Translations under genes and position numbers: made by a program
Assembly (NCBI GenBank): GCA_016748015.1
Contig: JAAOMT010000009.1
Location: forward strand, 700,459 to 764,458
Source of the DNA: Geosiphon pyriformis uo1
Lineage: Eukaryota > Fungi > Glomeromycota
Direction: 5' to 3'
DNA: 64,000 nucleotides
Notes under the pieces: generated by a model
What the model was told of the DNA's origin: nothing
Databases searched by the model: none
The model's input: the letters and a program-made list of their open reading frames with translations, nothing else
Shown: piece after piece, positions 47,621 to 60,716 of the stretch
Numbering within the stretch: the first letter of the stretch is position 1
How the letters are laid out: each line of letters starts with the position of its first letter

Positions 47621-48008
47621 GTCTAGTGTGATTAAATATTAGATTCTATTAACATGAATTGTTAATAATGCAGAAGTAATTAATATTTCTTAATTCAACA
47701 ATAACATAAATTAAATGATAATAAATAATTTTATTAATATAGATATAATTCTACTTTAAGTTATAGAAAACTATCTTTTAAAGAGAAAAGTATTGGATAA
47801 TTACTTATCTTTAATTCTTGTTCTGTTTTTCTGTTTTTTTTCTGCTTTTAATACTTTTGTTATATATATATAATTTATATTATATAAGATTCCACATATT
47901 TTTACTCTTTTTCTATACTACTTTCTAAAAATATGCTCATTTTTAGAAATGTGTTGTGATTTTTTAATCTGTTTTTCTATTCTAGTACTTTTTTTTCTAT
48001 AAGTAATA
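47621..48008 (-). repeat. Second half of the 5' LTR of element A
   Basis: Continues the homology with 10780-11040 exactly where 16166 stops; ends ttctataagtaata. Confidence 0.88.
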
Positions 48009-48652
48009 TTAGTATCATATTGATTAACTGTAACTGTTTTTTCAAAATCATCTAACCATTCAATTAAATCTTAAATATTACTTTTAAATAATGGTAGTAA
48101 AGTGTTGTTTTTTTATCTTAAAGCAGTTTGTATATTTAAAAAACAGCCAAAATGTTTGCTTGTATAAGGTTAGCAGTCATTGGTTTAGAAATAATTGTTT
48201 ATGTAAAATAATCTGATTTTTTTAAAAAAAAATTAAAAAACAAAAGCAGTTTGGTAGCTTTTTTTTCTGTTTTAAAAAGAGTTTTAATTAACTAATAGAT
48301 AGCAATCTAAATATAAATTTGATAATATAAATATTCAAAATTAGAAGATTATTAGTTAAAAATTATTGAATATAATAGTTAATTAATATAATTGTTTTTT
48401 TTTTGAAGGTTTTTTCAAAGTAAGCTTAATCAAAAAAATAGATTGTATAGACTGTATAAATTTTAACTGAATTGGTTTTTAACAAAAAAGCAAATCAAGC
48501 AAGAAAACAAAAGATTAAGTTTAATAAAATCTAAATTATTTCTGTTATGTATTACAAAATATTTTTCTGATTATTATAACAGATATAAATAATTATTCAT
48601 ATAATAAAAAATAAAATAAATTTTAACAATCTTACAGAAAACACTACTTTTA

Positions 48653-49409
48653 TGTTATGGATTGAAATAACAAACTAATAGATAACAAAAAAAAACAAAA
48701 TTGTAGAGTAATAAAATTAATCAAAAAGAAAATTAAAATAAAAGAGTAAATTAAATAAGTAAAAATTCAATATGTATGATTAATTTCATAAAAATTACAG
48801 TTGTAAATCTTTTCTGGAAATCTGAAGATAAAAAAATAGTCTATGATTGTCAACAAAATAACACTACTGCTATTATTCTATGTCTTAACTCAGCAATTTT
48901 TAGAATTAATAACAAATATTGTTGTGCTTTTTAATTATTTCTTTATTCAAGAAATTACAAAAGCAAGCAATTGCTTCTCAGATTAATTTTAACAATACAA
49001 ATTAAAAAAATAAAATAAAATATATAAAGACTAACAAGTAATCTTTTATTTTAAAATATTCAGATACTTAAAAATAAAAAAAAGAAAATAAGTAATATAA
49101 AAAATAATAATTAATAGTGGATTTTATTTTATTACTTTAATCATGTTTTTTTATAGCTAAAAAACTTATTACTTATATAGTTATTAAAAGTAGTCAATAA
49201 TCAGATTATTGATTAAGTCAACAATTAGATCATTGATTAAATTAATAATTAGATCAATAATCAAATCAATGATCAGGTCATTGATTAGATTAATAATTAA
49301 GTTAATAATCAAATTATTGATTATTATCTAAAATAAAGTGTCTAATTATATAATATTAATAACTAATATATGTAATCATTAATAAAAACTATGGGCTTTA
49401 ACCATAACA
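48653..49409 (-). repeat. 5' LTR of B2
   Basis: tgttatgg...cataaca; expanded 12-bp U3 array at 49190-49325. Confidence 0.9.
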
Positions 49410-51463
49410 ATATAACAACAAACTGTTATTAGTCATTAATGAATTTAAAGTTAAAAACAAAGTTTTTTTATATAAAACTAAAGCTAAAAATAATAAAATA
49501 AAAAATTTAATTATAAATAAAATATATTATTTTATATATATGAAATTTTAAAAAATAGATTATATAAATTAAAACTTAATAATAAAGTTTTGAAAAAATT
49601 GCACATAATAATAAATTTAAGTACTATTATTCCAAAACTAATCTTAAATACTTAATTCTACAACTTAATATACAATTTATTTTAGTTAATTCTAAAAATA
49701 TTTTTCAAAACTTAAAACCAATAATTGTTATTAAACAATTTTTAAATCTAAATATTTAATAATTAAATTATTTTATTTTACTTTTATATTAGTAGAAATA
49801 ATTTTATAAAAATAATTAAAAATTATACAAAAAAGTAAAACAAAAATAATTTTATTTTTTTATATTTTCATTAGTTATTATGATTATTTACTAAAATATT
49901 TAATATTTATTTCAAAAATTAATGTTAATCTTAAAAACACTATCTAAATTATTTATAATTATTACTAAAAAACATATTAATTATATTTAGATAAAATTTG
50001 TTACAATTTTAATATAAATTTACAAAATTATTTTTCTTATAAAAGAAACACAAAAAATTATTCTGGAATTTACTTACCAAAATTTTTAAAACAAGTTTAG
50101 AAAAAAATTTAATATTTATTTTTATTAATATTTTACTAAATACTACAATTCAACAAAAATTTTAATAATGTCTTAATAAACAAAACAACAAATATTTTTT
50201 AATTTATAAATATTTTTATATTAGAAAAACACTTTACAAAAGAAAACTAGAGTTTAAAACAGCAAATTTTATATTTAAAGCTATTCAAAACCAATTTTAC
50301 AATAAATTCAAAACAACAACTAAACCAATAAACACTTATTACAAACCTAGAACAGCTTTTAAACTTTATAATCTATTTTATACTTGTAAAAATGTTCTAT
50401 AAAATCTAATTTTACAAATTTTAAAGATTTAATATATTGAAAAGCTTATAGAATTAAAATTTTAATAATTTTCAGACCAAATTTCTTCAATAATTCTGAA
50501 CTATTATTTAGAAATTACAGACAATATTTAAACTTTAATAGAGCTTAGTTTTAAAAAAAAAATTATATTATTAGCCAAAATTTAAAATATTAATTAATAT
50601 ATATTATTATTTCAATTTATTACTTTTTATTTTATTAATTATTTGAATTATTATTTAATTAATAATTTAATTTATACAGAATACAAATATAACCAAATTA
50701 TAATGATCAGATTATATAATAAACTAAATTATATAACATTAAAAATTTGCTAAAATATTTAATAATTCAATAAAATAATTAACAATTTACTAAAATAATT
50801 TATAGTTTATAGAAATAACTTGTAATTTAATAAAATATTAGGAAAAAAATGTTAAATCATAGAATAGTACTATAATAAATTATATAAAAAAAGAACTTTT
50901 TATTTCAAAAAAATATATTTTAATTAGAATTACTTAAATTAAACTAGAGATATATTTTTTATAAATTAATTTAAATAAAAACTTATATTAAAAAACATAT
51001 ATTTTTTAATTAATATTATTTTAAAATTGATTAATTACTAATTTTTGTAATAGTTAATAATTTTCAAATCTGAATTTAAAACAACTTCTTTAAAACATTC
51101 TTTTATTTTTTTTCTTTAATTTATATTTTTATATTTTTTTATATTATTAAGTAGCCTATAATTAAGATTTTTTATAAAAAAATTAACTTTTACAACAAAA
51201 TAACTATACAAATTTTTGAAAAGCTTACAAACAAAATTTTTTTGTAAAAAAGTTGATTTTTACTACAAAATAACTACACAAATAATTGATATAGAATTGT
51301 TTATTTTATTATAAATTTAATAATATACATAATTTAAAGTATAGAAAAATACTTTAGAAAAAAAATTAGCTTATTAAAAATTTATCAACTTTTATTAACA
51401 GCAGAATTAACAACAAAATAATATTAAAACATCAAGAAAAAAGTAGAAAAATTTTTAATAACA
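49410..51463 (+). mobile_element. Gypsy E 3' part: integrase tail, ORF3 (~49880-50530), decayed PPT, 3' LTR (~50567-51463)
   Basis: Colinear with the reverse complement of C 28790-26630, with most G/C replaced by A/T. Confidence 0.8.
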
Positions 51464-54096
51464 ATAACTATTATAATATTAATACCTAAAAAACTTGAAT
51501 TTAATCTTAAAATAAATACTCTTATATTATTAAATCTGTTAATAATCTAAGATTTAATACTAAAATAAAGCTTAGTTTTTGTAATAATCAAAATATTATT
51601 ATTTATTTTTTATACTACTTAATAATATTATTTTGTTTAACAAAAATATTTATGTTTTTAATATTATATATAGCTATTTTTTAGATTAAACTACTTATAA
51701 AAAATAAAAATATATATTAAATTATTATTTAAGCAAAATAAATTAAATTTATTCAAAACTGTTTGACTAATTTTTCTAAAACCAACAATTTTATTTTCAG
51801 ATTACTAATTTTAGATATTAAAATCTTTGAAATATTTGTAAACAATTAAAAAAATTTTATTTTTTATTTTTAATATAATTGAAAAAATTAATAATAGTTT
51901 GTTAATAATTATATCTAAAATTGAAAGTATTAAAATTTATTTTTATATACTTTTTTAGCTATTAGTTAATAAAAAATAAAAGAAAAAAAGTTTAATTTAT
52001 AAATAATTACCAATATTTAATTTGTAAAAAGCACTAAAAAATATACAAACATAAATTCAAAATCATAGTTATAATACTATTATTCAGAATATTATTGCTA
52101 CTGCTTATTATTAAAAAGCCAAAAATAAAAACATAAAATGAAATAAAATTTGTTTTATTAATTACTAACACCCAAGTTTTATTTTTAAAAAAAACTGAAA
52201 GAAAAACTAATTTGTTTTTTAGTATATATATATACTAGATACTATTTATTAGAATTAGAAAAAAAAAATTTACTATAATTATATACTTTTTTATCAACTA
52301 TATATTTATTTAAAACATGACCAAAATATTTATACATAGAGTATTATAATAATATAAGTTCAATTTAATATAAGTTTATGTTTTTGTAAATTAGTATTAA
52401 ACAAATAATAGTATTTTTAACCAAGACTAAATTGAAACATATTATTGTACATAGAACATAAACATATATAAATATATTATATATTATAATATAAGTTTTT
52501 TTATTATATAATATTAACAAATTTAAGAGATTATAAACTATAATTCTAATAAAAATATATATAAAAAAACACAATATTAATTTTTTATATTCTATATTTG
52601 TTTATTAACATTTATTTTAACTATTTATATTAAGTCTTTTTTTAATAGAATTAATTATTTGACCACTACTAAATTAACAATAATAATGTTTTTAAACTTA
52701 ATTAGTATTTTCTGTTATAAACCAATAAATTGTATTTTAATTAATTTTACTATATTATATTTAGCTAGTACTAATTTTAATGCCAATTAAGATATTTTTA
52801 ATGATTATTTTTAATCTGTTTTGGTATTAGTGTATTTAAATCAGTATTTACTATAATTTTTATATTAGCAGTCAACTTATTAGCTTAATTAAGATTAAAT
52901 TTAAATATAAATAACAATTTTATAATTTCATAAAATTTTAAAAAAGTTGAAATAATTTTAAAACTGTCTACTTGATAAAACAATTTTTTGATAAATTTTA
53001 ACTTATTACTTAAATTTTTTTTTAAAATAACTAATATATTTACATTAAAAACAAATAATTTAATTAAATTAAAACTCTTATTTTGTTTATTATTTTTAAT
53101 ATTTACAACTAATAAAAAAAGATTTAAATCTTTATTATTATTTATATAATTAATAACAAATACAAATAATAAATTAGTCAACTTATATATAGTAATTTTA
53201 ATGTAATATAATATTACATAATTCATATTTTTATTATTTTTTAAGATATTTGAATTAATAAAATAGGTTTTTTTAATGATTAAATTATTTATATTGCTTA
53301 TTTTGTTTTTTTAAAATTAACATAGAAATCAAAGAATATAAAATAAAAAAACTGTTATAAATTTTTTATACTTATTGTAATAGAAAAATTTATGAAAAAA
53401 AATTTTTATTATTATTTTATAAGTTTTTTAACATAAATTACATGATTATTTTAACATTTATTAATTTAAATAGTTTATTAAATACTAAAATTTAATTAAT
53501 TTATAAATAAGTCAATAAAAATTATTAAAGTTTAATTTAAATAAAACTAATATATAAGTTAATAAACTAAGTTTAAAAAACTTTTTTGGTTAAAATTTTA
53601 AATATTATAATTTAGTTTAAAAATTACAAGTATAAAAAAGATTTAAATAACATATAAAATTTGTTAAAAAGTATTTTATTATAATCAAATAACAAATTTT
53701 TTTTAAAATTAAATTAAAAAATTAAATTACAATGTAAATAAAATATTTAAAAAGTTAAAATTAAATTAAAAAAACTATTTTCTATACTAATAATAAATAT
53801 ATAAATATTTTTATAATTAATAAGAATTATAATATTTATACTATTTAAAAAAAATTTAAAAAAAGTTTTAAAAATATTTGGTCATAAATAATAATATTAT
53901 TTTGAATTTTGTTAAAATTAAATTAAAAATCAATAAATTTATGATAAAATAAACATAAAAATACAAAAATTTTTTTTCTCTTGTCAATCCCCTAACCATG
54001 ACGAGAGCAAAATTTTATCAAAGTTTTAATTAGTCTTTCTTTTTTTCTCTTGTTTTTTTTCTAATTATTTCTTCTGACTTTCTTCTTTTTGTTACT

Positions 54097-56041
54097 ATGG
54101 ATCTGGTAGACGCTTCTGCTGGTGGTTCTGGTGCTAATTTGGCTGAAGTGGGAACCTGGTCTAGCAAAAAAAAAAGCTTGTGTAGATAGTGTGTACTCTT
54201 GCAATCTATTATTTAAGAAGCTGAAGATGCCTGTGATTAGTGATGTGGTTAATTTGTCTACTGGCCCTTTGAGCTTAGTAGATATTGGTAATGTTGGTTT
54301 TAAGCCTGTGGTGTCCTGGAAAAGCAAAGTTGGCAGCATTTCTAGCAGTGTGAGCAGTCTCTTGGATGTTGAAAATATGGAGAACACAGTTGCTGAAAAA
54401 ACTGGCTATGCTGAATCTAGTAGAGACAATAATATGGATAAAACTATGCTGAGAAAGACTTGTACACAGATGTATGTACTAGACAACTCACCAAAGCAGC
54501 CTTTATTTGACCATATGAGTAATGATAATACTGAGTTGGTGCTTCCAGCACCTAAATTTGTTAGATTCAATTGGCTTCTATCTGCCAAATCACATGTTTT
54601 GGAGAAACATAGCTTCGAACCAGTTAAATCATTCACTTTGGATGTTAAGTTGTCTGCTATGTCTAGAAAAACAAATAGTAATAAGTTAATTACAATCAAA
54701 AAAAATTTTTATTAAATTGATGGTTTTGAGGGGGTTTCCACTCCCTCAAAATTTTTTGGAATCATTAGATTCTTCTTTACTTCTGAATTGAGTCTAAAAA
54801 AGACTAAGGAATTGACAATTCATAAGAAAATTGTGGTAAATGATAATGTTAGACAGATAAACAAATGCACCAATTGAGAAATAATTATCAAAGAAATTCC
54901 AGTTGATCTTCCCAAATCAGCAATAGAGTTAGTTTTTTTCAAGTTTGGTGAGGTGGTTTCTGTTAAGTTGCAATTGATCAGGCTTTGGCAAAAGGCCTTA
55001 ATGGAGTTTAAGTCAGCAGATGTTGCCAGTTTGGTTGCATCTAAATGGTCTGTTTTTATGGGAAAAGATTTGGTGTGTGTGGTTCTGGCTGTAGATAATA
55101 AAGTATCATGAGTATTAAGAGACCAGCATTGGGCTTTGCTCTACACTTTTCCTATTAGTACTATTGCTCATAATTTGTCTAGTTTGTTGGAGTCATATGG
55201 TGAGAAGACTTGTTTTATTGGTCACAATCCGAGTTCATATGTTTATGACAAATGTGTAGTAGTTTGTTTTGAGAATAAGACATCCAGATTGGCTGCTTTT
55301 GATTCTGTTCTAGTCTTTAAAGATGTAAATTTGCACTGGGCTGGTTTCTTTTTGGCTGGTTGTGCCAAGTATAAACAATTTGGTCATATCTCTGATGTGT
55401 GTTCAATGGGTGGAAATTCTGGAGTTCATATCAAATGGTTGGTGACTAATTGGGATCAGGTTCATTTGGCAGGCATTTATAAAAAGAAGCAGGCTCTTAT
55501 TGTCTATCTGGTCTTGTTTGGTAAGAAAACTTGGGCCCAAATTGCTGGCAGCTTTTCTTCTAGTGTAGTTTTTTTGGTTGTTTTTGGTGCTAAGCCTAGT
55601 CCAAGTGCAAATTCTACTCCATTGACTCCCAATTCTCTTGTTGTCTCTGGTCTAAATAATTGTTTGGCATTTTTGGAACATTTTTTGGGGTTTTTGGCTA
55701 ACCAAGTCTCTGGTATTTTGAGAAAATTGAGTTTTGTCAATTTGATGCTATTGGCATCTTTCTTTATAGCTTTTCTTTTTGTTGTGTCTGCATCCTCAGC
55801 TATGGATGCAAGTTCAGATATGATTTTGGATAGTGTGTTGGTGCTCTCTGTCTCTCTTTTTCTTGCTGTTGGTAATGTTGTGCTTAGTTTCAGTTCTAAT
55901 AGCTCCAAAGTTTTAACCAACAAAGTGGGTGGTTTGGAGTCTAAGTTGGCATCTTTGGAGACTTTAATTGGATTAGTTTTGGCTAGATTGGATCATTTGT
56001 GCTTTGGCTTGGGTTTTCCACTGCCTCCTTTATCCCAATGA
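54097..56041 (+). pseudogene. LINE ORF1 (RRM-like domains, CCHC knuckle, coiled coil)
   Basis: EIIIKEIPVDLPKSAIELVFFKFGEVVSVKLQL; CAKYKQFGHISDVC; KVGGLESKLASLETLI. Confidence 0.85.
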
Positions 56042-59000
56042 GTGGTTTGATGTAAAAGTTTGCTACATGCAATGTTTGCAGTATCAATGTTTCTGCAAAG
56101 CAAATGAATGTTGTGTGATGGCATGTGGATTCTGGTAATATGGTGTCTTTTGTCACAGAAACTAAGTTGAAGTCCAGTATCAAGCCTTGTATTGCTAATA
56201 AGTTTAAGAGTATGTGTGTTTTTATATCTGGCTTGGATAAAAGTTTTCTTGGCACTGAGATTGCTGTGATTATAAACAATTCTTTGGCTCACCATGTGTC
56301 TAAAATTAAGGAGGTTCCTGGCCAAATTATTTTGATATAGCTTTTGTTTAAAGACAAGCTTTCAGTCATGGTTCTGGGTTTGTACACTGGTGTCTCTTTT
56401 GAGATGAGATTCAGTCAGGCTTTGGAGGTGAACTCTGTAATTGTGGAAGCTGTTAACTCTAGCACTTTTGTGGTTTTGAGTAGAAATTTTAATGAGAATG
56501 GATCTGGAAGAAGTGTGACTTTCAGGTTTTGTTTGAATTTGGGTTTGGTCAATTTGTTTGCCAATTATTATATGACAAAGACTTCCACATGGAGCAATTC
56601 ATAGGGAGTTGAAAAAACAATCAATTTTATTTTCATCAGTAAAAATTTTTTTTCTGCTATTGCTGGTCATTAAGTCTGCTCTGTGTCTGGTTTTTCAACA
56701 CTGATTATAATGCTGTTTTGGTTTTAATTGGCTTGGGTAGACTCTTAGATGTTAGATTGAATAGCTTGTATAAACAGACTAACAAGGATCATTGGAAGTT
56801 CAAAATTAAAGATACTAATGGTTCCAAATGGACTGGATTTAGGAATTGTCTTTCTACCAAGCTTCTGATGGTTGCTAAGAGATTTTCTGGTGCTGAAACT
56901 AATAGTGATGTGGATGCTATGTGAACAATTTTGGAGAGGGTGGTGGTAAAATCAGCTAACATAACATTTTCAAAACATTGATTTAGTGAGTTTTATTGTT
57001 CTAGGAATAGACATTCTTCTAAGTTCTTTGGTTTGGAATTGTTGGTTGCCAAAATTGTTAAAAAGTTTTGGCTTAGGTGACCTGCCTAGAGTTGATTGTC
57101 TCATAGGAACATGGTCAACTTTGGATAGTGTCAAGACTCATGCTTTTGCTAACTTAGTTGGTTTGGGTGGAAAGTTTGAGATGGTTTTTGGACATTTATT
57201 ATTGGTTCATAAAGAATACAAAAGATCTAAGATATATGAGTTAAAATTGGTTGAAGAGGCTTTTATTAGACTGGCTGTCTCGAAGCGCATAAAAAATTTC
57301 TGTTCTAACAAAAGTAGCATGATCAGAAGTGTTTTGGATCAGTCTTTTTGCAAAGTAGTTCTGAATTACTTAATGGTGGATAATGAATTAATTTTAGAGC
57401 CTGAGAAAGTAAAGCTTAATGTTGATAGAATTATGGAGGATTGAACTAGGAAACAGACAGTGCCTTTGGTGGTGCCTGACCTTTGGACTCATCAGTATGT
57501 TTCATTGAATTACATACAGGATTGTGCTTTTTCTGGTGTGATGAGTGCTGTCAGTTTGAGTGAATTGCTCTTGGTTGTTAATGATTTGCCTAATGATAAA
57601 GCTGCTGGCTTGTCTGACATCCCTAATGAACTATAGAAGCATGACAATAATAGAGTGTTGGGATATCTCTTAAGGTTGTTAAATGTGTGTTTGTTGGTCG
57701 GTAGTGTTTCTGTTTTGTGGAGAAGGACTTGGGTCTCAATAATACCTAAATCTTACAAGTGGGATAGGGTTCTTACAAATACATGGCCTATAGCTTTGAT
57801 CGAGACTACCAAAAAGATTCTCTTTAATAGGATCTCTTCAGCATACAGCAAGTTTGGTGTTCTTTGTGGTGATAACTTTTCTGTTTTGAAGGATATATCT
57901 ACCTAATCTTCTGTGTTTGTGATTGGTTCAGTTGTCGAAAACACTCTAAAAAAGAATCCTGAACTTTGGTTGGTCCTTTAGAACATATGTAAGACTTATA
58001 ATTCTGTAAGTTGGCATTACTTGGAGACTAATCCATGTTGAATCAAAATGTGTGATAGGTTCATCAGATTTTTTGGTGGCATACATGATAATAGGATTGA
58101 TAAGATTATGACTGATTTTGGTCTTATTGGTGGATACAGGATGTGTGATGGCTTGGATCAGGGTGAGATTTTTTCACCTCTTCTCTGAAGAATTTTCTAT
58201 GATTCCCTTTTATGCAAAGTTAAAAGGCATAAGTATTTGTATGATTATCAAATTGACACTAAGTTTGTAGTGAAAACTGATAGAATTGAGACTAGTGGTG
58301 AATTATCCTTCTTTTTTGCTGTAGATGTATTTGTAGATGATACAATTTGGGTTGGTGATTGTCAAGCATTAATGCAGTATGCTCTGAATATTGGTAGTGA
58401 GTTTTTTGCAATCAATGACATTTCTATCAACAATGAGAAAACTGTGGCTATTCCTATTAATTAGGGTGTTAAGGTGGCTTCTTTGAGCATAAGTGGTCAG
58501 CCGATTTTAATAGCTAAAAAGGGTGAAGCTTATAAATACTTGGGTATTTTTTTGTCTATTGAAGGTTTGTCTAAGCTGAGTGTAACCAAAGCTCATTTAG
58601 ATGTGTGCTTTTTTGTCAATATAATACTCAAGAAAGTTATTATTGACAAGCAGTTTTCTTATTTGGTTTTGGCTGTTCTGTAGCCAATTGTTAGTTACAG
58701 GACCCAGTTTAGTTTTGTTTTATTGGGGATTTGCCACAAGTGGGATACTATGGTTCGGAAAAATCTTAGATTTAAAGCACATTTGCCACATGATTTTCCA
58801 GTCAAAGCATTATATCACTCCTCATTATATGGTTTGAAGTCTTTCAAGCAAGTGCAGTTGGAGTGTAAATTAGCTGCTGTGGTTTCATTTTTTAATGCTT
58901 CTGGCATTCTCGGGCATTTATTCAATCATAGATTTTTGGATTTGCAGGTTTTGGGCTGGGCTCTGTTGAACCCCTTGCAGTTCCCTGTTAAGTTACATGT

Positions 59001-60716
59001 TAGTCCTGTAAACAATTTTCTGGCTGGTGTGGTTAAGATTTTCTTGAATAATGAGTTATCTTTAACTAACAATCTGTCAAGTGTCTTTCATAGTCCTAGT
59101 GTGTTTTTTATATTGTCTGTATTGGAAAATGCTCTTTATTTTAGCTCGGTTTATTTGTTAAAATGTTTTGGTGTTACTTTTAATGATAGGCTGGTTGATA
59201 AAAAAAGTCGCGTGATGAATTGGAAGACCTTTTGTTATTAGAAGAGATTAGATCCTAGAGGTTCTATTCTTTTCTGGTTTATGACTGTTTCAAAGTTTTT
59301 GCTGAATATGGACTCTTCAGTGGTTGCCTCTACTGGGGTGGTCTTCTTCCTGAACTGGATGTTTTGAATTCTGTAAAATTCTCTGATGTTTGGAGTGGTT
59401 TATATGAAATATGGTCTGATTTATTTGATGTCTACATAGATGGTTTGTTGAAAGATGCTGGGACTATTAATATTGTTGGCAGTATAGCTACATATTTTTT
59501 TTCTGTGAATCTGAGTGTTGGTGTTAAGGTTCGAGATCTGTTGTCTTCTACTTTATCTGAGTTGCAGGCAGTTGCTCTGGCATTGGAGTGCATCTCATCC
59601 TCTTGTGTAATAATATTGCATCTTAACAGCCAGGCTGCCATTGATGTGTGTGTATCTGAAATGTCTTTAGCTGTGCTGGATTTTTGTGTTCTGTGCTGAA
59701 TAGAGAGACATCACATTTTTAATTTGATTAGAGATAAAAATCTTAGCATAAAGTAGGTAAAGATCAAGAGCCATTCTGGAGTTGTAGGTAATGTGGAAGC
59801 TGATGCTACTGCTGGTCATGCTACATGTTTTAAGTTGTCTTTGTCTGTAGGAGTGCATGAACATTTTCTGGTGACTGAAGTCACAGCTGTGTTTGACAAT
59901 ACCTGTTATTTTGTTAGGAATGTGCTCCAGTCTATTTGTCATGCTCATTGGGAGGCTGGTCCTGGCTGAGACATTATTCCAAGTAACTTAATGGGGTGTG
60001 TAAACTGGAGTGCTATGGTTAAGATGTAACATCTTGACTTCCATATGCTTACAGGCTTTACTAATCAGGGATCTTTCAGTTTGCATAAATATCTAATGAA
60101 AACAATACACCAATGGCTGCCTGTCATGATAAAGAAGAGATTATATAATAAGAGATATTCTGGTGTGTTGTGTTTGTTGTGTAATGAGGTAGAACTGCTT
60201 AATCATGTTTTTACTTGTGCATCGGATGCTGGAATTTGGAAAGAGGTTTTGGCTGAAGTTGTTATATCTTAGACTTCTTTGTTGGGTGTCAATAGCCTGT
60301 TTTTTTCTGCTGTTTTGCAGACTCTTGGTTAGTGCTCTTTGAATATGAGCCTGTATTCTGTGTTGTGTAAAGGGTTTGTGCTTTGAGATTGGTGCGTGGA
60401 AGCTGGCAATGTTTTTAATAGAAAAAAAAAGGCTTTTTGCATAATTATTAGGTTTGTTAAGTGGTTAGCTGAACTGCATTACTCTAGAATTTGGCTGGTG
60501 AAATGTAAACATAGGACAGATATGGAGAGAATGGATTTGACTAATAATGATAGTTTGGTTTCGGGTTTGTCACATTGTATCAAATCTTCACTTTCAGAAA
60601 GTATAGTTAGAATGCTTGGTATTATCGAGTCTTTTACTGTTAGTTTTGGCTATCAACAGTCCTGTTCTTTTTTTACAGGTTTAGATTATGATTCTCATAT
60701 TGTTTTAGATGTGTAG
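56038..60716 (+). pseudogene. LINE ORF2 (APE, RT, RNase H, Cys/His finger)
   Basis: KFATCNV, FVTETKL (APE); WPIALIE, GLDQGEIFSPLL, FVDDT (RT); VYIDG, ELQAVALALE, NSQAAID, KIKSHSGVVGNVEAD (RNase H); CLLCNEVELLNHVFTC. Confidence 0.92.

Larger units (their letters stand above)
10346..48008 (-). mobile_element. Gypsy A: gag/protease-deleted, dUTPase-bearing; 5' LTR split by the hAT element
   Basis: 3' LTR 10346-11210, then PPT, ORF3, IN, RNase H, RT, dUTPase, PBS 15781-15796; 5' LTR = 15799-16166 + 47621-48008. No TSD (ataa vs ttag). Confidence 0.82.
9705..49409 (-). mobile_element. Gypsy B2 (family B), pol lost; hosts the 10346-48008 nest
   Basis: LTRs 9705-10345 (truncated) and 48653-49409 homologous to the B1 LTRs; flanked by ATAT/ATAT; PBS and gag remnant at 48009-48652 match B1 23500-24199. 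Confidence 0.8.

Noticed and set aside
51780-52120. Possible second hAT dimerisation-domain remnant on the plus strand
   Set aside because: Only a vague motif echo in very AT-rich sequence; no TIR or TSD found.
52365-53226. ORFs 52365-52574 and 52885-53226 as host genes
   Set aside because: I/N/K/L/F/Y-dominated translations typical of AT-eroded DNA; no recognisable domain.
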